From the NCBI GenBank assembly GCA_050309605.1, contig JBNRMN010000035.1:1-13850 (forward strand): 13,850 bases of DNA. Reading direction: 5' to 3'. The notes under the pieces are model-generated. The model made no database searches and was not told where the DNA came from. It worked only from the letters and a program-made list of their open reading frames with translations. Shown piece after piece: positions 1 to 7,547 of this stretch (positions are counted from its first letter, which is position 1; each line of letters begins with the position of its first letter). Both the position numbers and the translations under genes were made by a program. The stretch comes from Anaerohalosphaeraceae bacterium (lineage in GTDB: Bacteria > Planctomycetota > Phycisphaerae > Sedimentisphaerales > Anaerohalosphaeraceae).

Positions 1-143
1 TCGTTGACATCGATGACCTTGCGGGCTTTGCCGACTATTGGCTGCAGGAAAACCCCGAGCTGGATTTAAGCGGCGACGGTCGAGTCGGCTTGTACGAATT
101 CGCCGAGTTGGCCCGCCACTGGTTCGATGGATCGTTTCAATAA
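1..143 (+). CDS. 3' end (partial) of a protein with a C-terminal dockerin-like double EF-hand tail
   Basis: Frame from nt 3 reads VDIDDLAGFADYWLQENPELDLSGDGRVGLYEFAELARHWFDGSFQ* (TAA 141-143). It has two copies of the D-x-D/S-G-D-G-x-V...F..L...W pattern typical of planctomycete dockerin-like tails. Not in the ORF track because it is truncated. Confidence 0.8.
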   Translation, partial: VDIDDLAGFADYWLQENPELDLSGDGRVGLYEFAELARHWFDGSFQ

Positions 144-185
144 AGTTTTCAATCTAACGACAATTTTTAACAACGGAGGTTTATC

Positions 186-1907
186 ATGACCAAGACAGGC
201 AGTGCGATGTTATTAACCGGATTACTGGGATTCTGTTTCATCTATGCATCGGCAATTGGACAACCGACCCGCGACAGCGACGGTGCGACCGCGAACCGTC
301 CGTTTAGTCCGGTGGCTTTCGGGCAATTCGAATACAGCGGAGAGGATATTACGGCCACATCAGAGCTTGAGCCGGGGTATTTTCGGAATCCGATTCTGGC
401 CGGATTTCATCCCGATCCAAGTATTTGTCGCGCGGGTGATGATTATTATCTCATTAACTCAACTTTTTCGTATTTCCCCGGTCTTCCGATCTTCCACAGT
501 AAAGACCTGGTCAACTGGAAACAGATCGGTCACGTGATTCATCGTCCTGAACAACTGGAGTACACGACCCGCCGAACCAGCGGCGGATTGTTCGCCCCAG
601 CCATTACCTATAATGAAGAGCAGGAACTTTTCTATGTGATTTGTACGATGATTGACGGAATCGGCAACTTTGTGGTTACAGCCGAGGATCCGGCCGGCCC
701 CTGGTCCGATCCGATTCGTCTGCGTTTTGGCGGGATTGACCCATCCATCTTTTTCGACGATGACGGTCGTGCCTGGATTGTGCATAATGACGCTCCGCAA
801 GGTCCGCCGCAGTATGAAGGTCACCGCGCGGTATGGATTCAGGAGTTTGATTATCAGAATATGCGGATGATCGGCCCGCGTACGATGCTGATTGACGGCG
901 GGGTGGATATTACCACAAAACCCATCTGGATCGAAGGGCCGCATATCTACAAACGCGACGGCTGGTACTACCTTTGCTGTGCTGAGGGCGGTACAAGCGT
1001 AAACCATGCACAGGTGATTTTTCGCAGCAGAAATGTCGATGGCCCCTATACGCCGGGGGAAAACAACCCGATTCTGACCCAGCGAAACCTCAGTGCCAAC
1101 GTACCCGGTTCAGTGAGCTGTACGGGTCATGCGAGCCTGGTGGTCGGCCCGGACGGCAACTGGTGGTCGGTCTTTCTGGCGGTGCGCCCTTACGACGGCC
1201 ATCATTCCCCGATGGGGCGTGAGACGTTTTTGCTGCCGGTATCGTGGCCGGAGAACGATTGGCCGATGATTTTGCCGCAGGGCAAACGGGTTCCGCTGGT
1301 ACTTAATGCGCCCGAAGGTGTGGTGGCTCGTCCTTCTGTGCTCAATGGCAGTTTTACCTGGCGCGACGAGTTTAAGGACCAGACGCTTTCGCATGAGTGG
1401 ATTATGCTGCGTGCGCCCAGAGAGCAGTGGTGGACGATTGATCCGGCCGCCGGCGTGCTGAAACTGACTCCCCGTTCCGACACGCTTTCCGGTCGCGGTA
1501 ATCCGAGCTATCTGGGGCGTCGTGTCCGGCATGCGGCCTACAGCGCTGCACTGACCGCGGAGGTTCCGTCTGATGAGGGGGTTTCTGCGGGGTTGGCGTT
1601 GTTTTTTAATGACTACCATCACTTTTTCCTGGCGTTACAGGGTGACGGGGACCAAGGACGCATCTATCTGGAACGAGTCAATCGCGGCCGGACCAGCCGG
1701 GTTGCTGCTGCGGACCTGCCGTCTGCCGGACAGATTGAACTGCGTGTTGTCGCCGACAAAGCCGCCTGTACCTTCCAGTACAGAGCCAAGGGCGGCGACT
1801 GGCAGACGCTGGTGGCCGATACCGATGCCACGATGATTTCCTACACGGTTCAGGACGGCTTGTTTCTGGGCGCTACCGTCGGTCCCCATGTGCGACTCGA
1901 CGAATAG
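186..1907 (+). CDS. Secreted glycoside hydrolase family 43 (beta-xylosidase/alpha-L-arabinofuranosidase) with C-terminal beta-sandwich
   Basis: 573 aa; RBS GGAGG at 175-179; hydrophobic signal peptide. GH43 motifs NPILAGFHPDPSICR (base Asp), SKDLVNW, GIDPSIFFDDDG (pKa Asp), WIEGPHIYK (acid Glu), GRETFL; C-terminal jelly-roll ending FLGATVG. Confidence 0.93.
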   Translation: MTKTGSAMLLTGLLGFCFIYASAIGQPTRDSDGATANRPFSPVAFGQFEYSGEDITATSELEPGYFRNPILAGFHPDPSICRAGDDYYLINSTFSYFPGLPIFHSKDLVNWKQIGHVIHRPEQLEYTTRRTSGGLFAPAITYNEEQELFYVICTMIDGIGNFVVTAEDPAGPWSDPIRLRFGGIDPSIFFDDDGRAWIVHNDAPQGPPQYEGHRAVWIQEFDYQNMRMIGPRTMLIDGGVDITTKPIWIEGPHIYKRDGWYYLCCAEGGTSVNHAQVIFRSRNVDGPYTPGENNPILTQRNLSANVPGSVSCTGHASLVVGPDGNWWSVFLAVRPYDGHHSPMGRETFLLPVSWPENDWPMILPQGKRVPLVLNAPEGVVARPSVLNGSFTWRDEFKDQTLSHEWIMLRAPREQWWTIDPAAGVLKLTPRSDTLSGRGNPSYLGRRVRHAAYSAALTAEVPSDEGVSAGLALFFNDYHHFFLALQGDGDQGRIYLERVNRGRTSRVAAADLPSAGQIELRVVADKAACTFQYRAKGGDWQTLVADTDATMISYTVQDGLFLGATVGPHVRLDE

Positions 1908-1965
1908 CGGCCGCAAGCGGAGCACGTGGTTAATTGATGTGAAATAACGAAAAATGCCGTAGTCA

Positions 1966-1974
1966 TGTTATAGT
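1966..1974 (+). promoter_or_regulatory. Possible extended -10 element (TGnTATAGT) upstream of GH97
   Basis: TGTTATAGT in the AT-rich 84-nt spacer, ~12 nt before the AAGGA RBS (1986-1990); no good -35 at canonical spacing. Confidence 0.25.
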
Positions 1975-1991
1975 CAACTGATACAAAGGAT

Positions 1992-3983
1992 ATGGATAAG
2001 ATGAACGAATTATTGTCTTCTGGCCGACTGTCGAAGAGGCCATGTGCGTTCGTATGTGCTGTTGTTATGTTGTTCTGTTCGATGTCCCTTTATGCTGAGG
2101 AAGTTCAAAGTCCTGACGGTGTGATTTCTGTGAAGCTTGCCCTTGAGTCCGGACGGCTTTCTTATGAAGTGTTCTGCCAAAAAAAGCCTATGCTTGAAGC
2201 CTCGCCCCTTGGTTTGGAAACGAGCATTGGCAGTTTTTCTGAGGGGCTTGAAATTGTTGACACACGGATATCAAAGATTGATGAGCATTATACGCTTCCC
2301 CACGGTAAAACCAGCGCGGTGCATTATACAGCCAACGAGCTGACCGTATGCTTAAAGAACAAAAACGATGATACACTCGACGTCATTTTTCGGGTGAGCA
2401 ACCGTGACGTTGCCTTTGCTTATCGTATTTCGTCCCCGAATAAACGTCGTATTACGATTGAACGTGAACGGACCGGTTTTAAGTTTCCTCAATCCGCAAC
2501 AGCCTTCGTTACTCAGCAGGCAGCGTGGGGCGGCGGATGGATGGGCACAAAACCCAGTTATGAAGAAGGTTACATGATCGATGTGCCTGTCGGCACAAAA
2601 TCTCATTCCAGGCTTGGTTTTACGTTTCCGGCGCTGTTTCGTCTGAGCGACGGCGGCTGGGCGCTTGTTTCGGAAACGGGTGTGACAAGCCGCTATGCCG
2701 GGACACGGCTGAGCGATCCTACTGCCGAAGGTCTTTACACCATTGCTTTTCCCGAAAAAGCCGAGAATGCCGGTATCGGTGATGCCACCGTTTCGGCTGC
2801 ACTGCCGCTTCTGACGCCGTGGCGTACGATAACAGTCGGTCAAACACTTGCTCCGATCGTCGAAACAACGGTGGCCACCGATGTTGTCAAGCCGCTATAC
2901 GAGCCTTCGATTGATTATCAGCCGGGGCGTACAACCTGGAGCTGGCTGATTTGGCAGGATCCGAGTATGAATGTGCGAGACCAGCGTATCTTTATTGATC
3001 TTGCCGCCGAGCTTGGTTATGAGTATATTTTGATCGATGCGCTTTGGGACGAAGAGGGACGAATCGGCCGCAGCAGGATGCCCGAAATGGTTGAATATGC
3101 CCGGTCAAAAAATGTCAAGGTTATCCTGTGGTATAACTCAAACGGATACTGGAACGATGCTCCGCAGACCCCGCGCAATCGTTTGCATACCTCACCGGCG
3201 CGACACAAGGAGATGGCGTGGCTCCAATCCATCGGCGTCAAGGGGATGAAGATTGACTTTTTCGGCGGCGACAAGCAGGTGACGATGAAATACTATGAAG
3301 ATCTTCTTCACGACGCCAACCTTTACGGATTGATGCTGAACTTTCACGGCTGCACGCTGCCCCGCGGATGGGAACGTCTCTATCCCAATTTTATGACCAG
3401 CGAGGCCGTTACCGCTTCGGAAAATCTTATCTTCTCGCAGGGGTTTGCCAATAATGAAGCCTTTAACAGTACGGTCTTTCCGTTTGTGCGCAATACGGTC
3501 GCTGCGATGGATTACGGGCCGGTGATTCTCAATAAGGTGTTCTCTCGCGATCAGCGAAGAGGCTCTCAACGCCGCACGACGGATGCTTTTCAGCTTGCAA
3601 CGGCGGTCCTGTTCCAGTCTCCGCTCCAGCATTTCGGCATCACGCCGAATAATCTTGAAGAACAGCCGGATTACGTTATCGATTTTCTCAAAGGCGTACC
3701 TGCGGCCTGGGACGAAATTCGCTTCGTCGATGGTTATCCGGGCAAGTATGTCGTATTGGCCCGTCGCAGCGGTCAACGCTGGTATGTTGCCGCAACGCAC
3801 GCGGATAAAGAACCCAGAGAAATGACGATTTCACTTCCCTGGCTCAAAGGCAAATCGCTTGATCTTATTTATGACAACAAAGACCGTACGGCGGGATTGC
3901 AAAAGATTACGGTCGAAGAAGACGGCAGCCTCCGGCTGGCGATGGAAGTCGGCGGCGGGGCGGTTTTAGTATATAATCCCTGA
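1992..3983 (+). CDS. Secreted glycoside hydrolase family 97 (retaining-type signature; alpha-galactosidase/beta-L-arabinopyranosidase-like)
   Basis: 663 aa; AAGGA RBS; signal peptide followed by VQSPDG. GH97 motifs SYEE, TPWRTI, IDLAAELGYEYILIDALW, GMKIDFF, NFHGCTLPRGWERLYPN..TSEAV, MDYGP, WDEIRFVDGYPGKYVVLARR.G..WYVA. Confidence 0.92.
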   Translation: MDKMNELLSSGRLSKRPCAFVCAVVMLFCSMSLYAEEVQSPDGVISVKLALESGRLSYEVFCQKKPMLEASPLGLETSIGSFSEGLEIVDTRISKIDEHYTLPHGKTSAVHYTANELTVCLKNKNDDTLDVIFRVSNRDVAFAYRISSPNKRRITIERERTGFKFPQSATAFVTQQAAWGGGWMGTKPSYEEGYMIDVPVGTKSHSRLGFTFPALFRLSDGGWALVSETGVTSRYAGTRLSDPTAEGLYTIAFPEKAENAGIGDATVSAALPLLTPWRTITVGQTLAPIVETTVATDVVKPLYEPSIDYQPGRTTWSWLIWQDPSMNVRDQRIFIDLAAELGYEYILIDALWDEEGRIGRSRMPEMVEYARSKNVKVILWYNSNGYWNDAPQTPRNRLHTSPARHKEMAWLQSIGVKGMKIDFFGGDKQVTMKYYEDLLHDANLYGLMLNFHGCTLPRGWERLYPNFMTSEAVTASENLIFSQGFANNEAFNSTVFPFVRNTVAAMDYGPVILNKVFSRDQRRGSQRRTTDAFQLATAVLFQSPLQHFGITPNNLEEQPDYVIDFLKGVPAAWDEIRFVDGYPGKYVVLARRSGQRWYVAATHADKEPREMTISLPWLKGKSLDLIYDNKDRTAGLQKITVEEDGSLRLAMEVGGGAVLVYNP

Positions 3984-4150
3984 TAAACATAATGAGCAAA
4001 AACCGGCTTAAGAGAGCTACGCATCAATCGACAATTGTTTAATGCTGCTCTTGAACGAGATCACATTATGGTTCGGTATGAGTCGCCCTATTTAGGGAAT
4101 ACGCTGAGGTCAGTGCATAGGTCTATTTGCGACGCCTCAACAACATCCGA

Positions 4151-4214
4151 GCCGCGTCAGCGGTCCGATGACGCCGCCTGCCCGGCAGGCGCATCATCAG
4201 ACCGCCGGCGCTGC
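4151..4214. repeat. Long GC-rich imperfect inverted repeat (hairpin) between convergent genes
   Basis: Core GCGGTC-C-GATGA-CGC-CGCCTGCC (4160-4182) / GGCAGGCG-CA-TCATC-A-GACCGC (4184-4205), with pairing extending to 4151/4214. No U-tract on either side. Confidence 0.65.
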
Positions 4215-4339
4215 CGCGCTGCTGCGCTGTTGCCGTTAACATTGACTGTCCCCGGCCTGCCGGTAGAATTCCTTGCCAAAGAGCGTTGTTTTGACAACCA
4301 ATGACTAAGTGATTACAGTCCATGCTCAACTTCAAGCGA

Positions 4340-5920
4340 TCAGGGCATTTGAGAGGGGACCTGATCAACGTTCAGGATTTGACCTTGTTGAGTTAATAAT
4401 TCCTGTAGTTCCGGTATTGGGATTGATCGTGGAGACAATCCGTGCGTGGCTGCCAACGATGCGGCAACGCCGGCTGCATGGCCAAGTGCCATCCACGTTG
4501 GTTCCATACGAATTGAAGAATAAGCAACATGGGTGGTTGAAGCCGCAACAGGAACGATGAGGCCGTCTATCTTTTTCGGGATCATGATGCGATAAGGAAT
4601 TTCGTAGGGGCGGGTTATGTAGTCAAGCATTCCCAAATAACCTTCCAGTACTATGGTGTCGCCGGGCTGACGTTTTCGAACCGGAAAACTGTCAATGGGG
4701 AACTCGCCAACGGCAATGCTGTCTGCAAATCGTTTGGGCGTGTCATTTTCTTTCTGGCGGGTGATATCGCATTCTGTCAATGTGTATTCTCCGACAAGTC
4801 GTCGCGCTTCACGAATATAGAGGTGATACGGAAAATGGTCATTATCCATAAACTCATCTTTGGGAAAATGATATTGATTGGCAATGTCCCGATGCGATGA
4901 AGGCACATCCGGATCGTTTTGCAAAAACCACAGCAGACCATACGTCAGAAGACGATGCCGATGACAGATGCGCTCTCGTGTTTCTTCGTCCCCTTCAATA
5001 TACCCGATGTTTTCTTCCGGAAAAGGAAAACCCAGCGGGCGCGGGTTGATATTGACATCGGTCTTATGGTTGGGAATTTCCGTTACAGACAGCGCACGCA
5101 CCAGCGTATTGAAATGTGCAGGATTGTAGCCGCGGCCGGGCTTAAAGACTTTTGGGCCTGCCAATCGCCCGGCGTGCAAATCGTCAAAATATCCAAGATA
5201 GGGTGTCCGATCATATCCCGGTGGGGGAGTTGTGAGCCGGCAAGCATTGTCGGGGTTGGTTGTAAGGCACAGCCGATATGTGTAGGCGGGAAGACGATCA
5301 TCGGCTTTGCCGGTAGTGCCGGGCAAAAACTGACGGTTTTGGTAATCAAAATACACGACACCGGCATGCGGTTCATTGAACTCATGTTTTGCTTCGCGCC
5401 CTAAACGAAACTCTGCACCTGCCGCCGCATACAAATCACCTTCATAGGTCGCATCGATAAAGACCTTTCCTGTCAATGTGAGAACAGTCTGGCTCTTGCA
5501 TGATACCAGTTCGATCTTGACAGGCCGATTATCACGGACACAGACTTGTTTAAGCGTGGCCCCCCTGAGCACGGAGATTCTGTTCTCTTCTTTGAGCATG
5601 GTTTCAAAGATCGTCTCGGCCACTGAAGGTTCATAGACGTACCCATTTCGGCTAAGCAGCGTATTGGGATGTTCATGTCCCCAAGTTTCAATATAATAGC
5701 GATGCACACGATTGACAAATTCTTGAAACAGCCCTCCGATCAATTCACGGTGCTCAATGTCGCTTTTCCCTAAGCCACTTGCAGCCATGCCGCCTATATG
5801 AAATGTTCTTTCGACCAGCGCAACTGAACATCCCATTCTGGCTGAGGCAATGGCGGCGCAAATTCCGCCCGGGGTGGCGCCAAACACGACAATATCAAAT
5901 GTTGATTTAATCGGTTTCAT
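4340..5920 (-). CDS. FAD-dependent oxidoreductase (FAD_oxidored/PF12831-type), cytoplasmic
   Basis: 526 aa; N-terminal Rossmann DIVVFGATPGGICAAIASARMG..V.LVE...HIGGM; FIDATYEGDLYAAAG; YIREARRL; PYEIPYR.MIPK; THVAYSSIRMEPTWMALGHAAG. No signal peptide. Confidence 0.88.
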   Translation of the reverse strand: MKPIKSTFDIVVFGATPGGICAAIASARMGCSVALVERTFHIGGMAASGLGKSDIEHRELIGGLFQEFVNRVHRYYIETWGHEHPNTLLSRNGYVYEPSVAETIFETMLKEENRISVLRGATLKQVCVRDNRPVKIELVSCKSQTVLTLTGKVFIDATYEGDLYAAAGAEFRLGREAKHEFNEPHAGVVYFDYQNRQFLPGTTGKADDRLPAYTYRLCLTTNPDNACRLTTPPPGYDRTPYLGYFDDLHAGRLAGPKVFKPGRGYNPAHFNTLVRALSVTEIPNHKTDVNINPRPLGFPFPEENIGYIEGDEETRERICHRHRLLTYGLLWFLQNDPDVPSSHRDIANQYHFPKDEFMDNDHFPYHLYIREARRLVGEYTLTECDITRQKENDTPKRFADSIAVGEFPIDSFPVRKRQPGDTIVLEGYLGMLDYITRPYEIPYRIMIPKKIDGLIVPVAASTTHVAYSSIRMEPTWMALGHAAGVAASLAATHGLSPRSIPIPELQELLTQQGQILNVDQVPSQMP

Positions 5921-5951
5921 AATATAAGACCGGTATTTGATTGTTATCTGT

Positions 5952-7484
5952 TCAATTGGACATTTTTCGTTTTTTCAGAGTCCAGACGGTCAATCCGCTC
6001 AAATCCGATTTTGAACGAGACCGAACGAGACTCAGGCCGTAGGCAATGGTAATAAAAAATAAATTAACTAAAGCCCCTACCCAATAGCTGTGAATATTCA
6101 TCATCCAATTGCTCGGCAGCCAGCCCAACAATCCTAAACTGAGGTAGATGTTGAATCCTACGGCCAATACAATGGCCGTAGTTGCACAAAATCCATCAAC
6201 ACGCTGTGTGAAAAAACCAAGCATAAATAAGCCCATCAGACACCCTCCGAACACACTGGCGACCATCAGACTCAGGTCATTGATACTTTCTTTTTCAATA
6301 TGAGCAAATCCGATTGCGCCTAATACCATCAGCAGCGCCACCACGCCGGAAATAAGCCTTGCAGCGAGTAAATAAAAACGATCACTTTTATGTTTAGCCA
6401 GATAAGGTTTCATCAAATCCACAACCGTTACCGTGGCAATGGCATTGATCCCCGAATCCAGACTGCTCATTGAGGCGGCAATTACGGCAGTGACAATAAT
6501 ACCGGCAATGCCCGCCGGCATTCGCGTTAAAATAAAATAAGGCAAAACCTGATCGGCTTGCATTTCTGAAACCGCCGGTTCAGGCAATACCGAATAATAG
6601 ACAAACAGTGCGGTGCCGATAAAAAAGAACATCGCCCACATCGGCATGGCCACAGCCGTGTAAATGATCGTTGCCTTGCGTGCTTCGCGCATTGATCGCG
6701 CCGACGCATAACGCTGTACCATATTTTGATTTCCGCTGAAGATGGCCAGCCAATTGACGATTCCCAATATCGCCACCGTCCAGAACGTGCGCTCCGACAG
6801 ATTCCACTCATAACTGCCCAGACTGAATTTGTCGTTTGCGCTGCCGACATCAATGATCTGGTTCACGCCGCCGGGCAGATCAATTGCAACCATTACAAAA
6901 CAAAGAACACCCCCAAAAATCAAAATTAACGCCTGGATTACATCTGTCCAGACAACCGCCTCTATGCCTCCGGCAATGGTATAAAAGGCGATAAAAAGGC
7001 CTGCTAAAATAATCACATATTCCAGCGCCAGCCCCGTCAGGAACTGAATCGGCAATGCGACAAGAAAGAGCATCTGTGCCATGCGGATTAGCTGAACAGC
7101 TATAAAACTAACCATTCCATAAAGTCTGGGGACAGGACCGAAACGATCTCCCAAATATTCAAAGGCCGACGTCAATCCGGCCCGACGAAAAAAAGGGATA
7201 AAGATGACAATGGCGAAAATTGCAACAAAAGGCATCACCAGATTTACCGTCATCTGACGCCAGTCCAGCGCAAAGGCAGCGGCCGGCAATGCCAGAAATG
7301 TCATTGAACTGACAATGGTTCCCAACATCGAAAGACCGATAACCCATCCCGAAAAGGCACGATTCCCTACAAAATACTTTTCGGTGCTGTCATTGCGGCG
7401 CGCAAAATACCATCCAACGGCAACCATAGCCAACAGAAAGACAATAATAACCCCAATGTCCACAGTGCGAATCTGTAAATCCAT
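5952..7484 (-). CDS. Sodium:solute symporter (SSS), SiaT/sugar-acid-like
   Basis: 510 aa, highly hydrophobic with many TM segments. SSS motifs YFVGNR, SSMTFLALP, SAFEYLGDRFG, YTIAGGIEAVVWTDVIQ, QNMVQRY, AASMSSLDSGIN. RBS GGAG near 7495-7498. Confidence 0.92.
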   Translation of the reverse strand: MDLQIRTVDIGVIIVFLLAMVAVGWYFARRNDSTEKYFVGNRAFSGWVIGLSMLGTIVSSMTFLALPAAAFALDWRQMTVNLVMPFVAIFAIVIFIPFFRRAGLTSAFEYLGDRFGPVPRLYGMVSFIAVQLIRMAQMLFLVALPIQFLTGLALEYVIILAGLFIAFYTIAGGIEAVVWTDVIQALILIFGGVLCFVMVAIDLPGGVNQIIDVGSANDKFSLGSYEWNLSERTFWTVAILGIVNWLAIFSGNQNMVQRYASARSMREARKATIIYTAVAMPMWAMFFFIGTALFVYYSVLPEPAVSEMQADQVLPYFILTRMPAGIAGIIVTAVIAASMSSLDSGINAIATVTVVDLMKPYLAKHKSDRFYLLAARLISGVVALLMVLGAIGFAHIEKESINDLSLMVASVFGGCLMGLFMLGFFTQRVDGFCATTAIVLAVGFNIYLSLGLLGWLPSNWMMNIHSYWVGALVNLFFITIAYGLSLVRSRSKSDLSGLTVWTLKKRKMSN

Positions 7485-7528
7485 TGTTATCTTTCTCCAC
7501 AGTGTACGGACAAACGTATAACCTGCGG

Positions 7529-7542
7529 TGTTGTAAACAACA
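7529..7542. promoter_or_regulatory. Palindrome TGTTGT-AA-ACAACA, candidate operator
   Basis: Perfect 6-bp arms in the 63-nt spacer upstream of the SSS gene; the TTGT-N2-ACAA core resembles GntR/FadR-type sites. Confidence 0.35.
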
Positions 7543-7547
7543 TTGTG

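Noticed and set aside
4160..4205. CUGAUGA followed by a stem on the minus strand, resembling a hammerhead ribozyme core
   Set aside because: No GAAA follows the stem, and the CUGAUGA is itself paired within the hairpin.
4035..4368. Short ORFs 4035..4304 (+) and 4123..4368 (-) in the convergent gap
   Set aside because: No recognisable motifs or RBS; the Arg/Ala-rich composition is explained by the GC-rich hairpin.
4340..5920. 'Xanthan lyase' label often given to this oxidoreductase family
   Set aside because: Only the FAD-binding oxidoreductase is present; there is no PL8 lyase domain.
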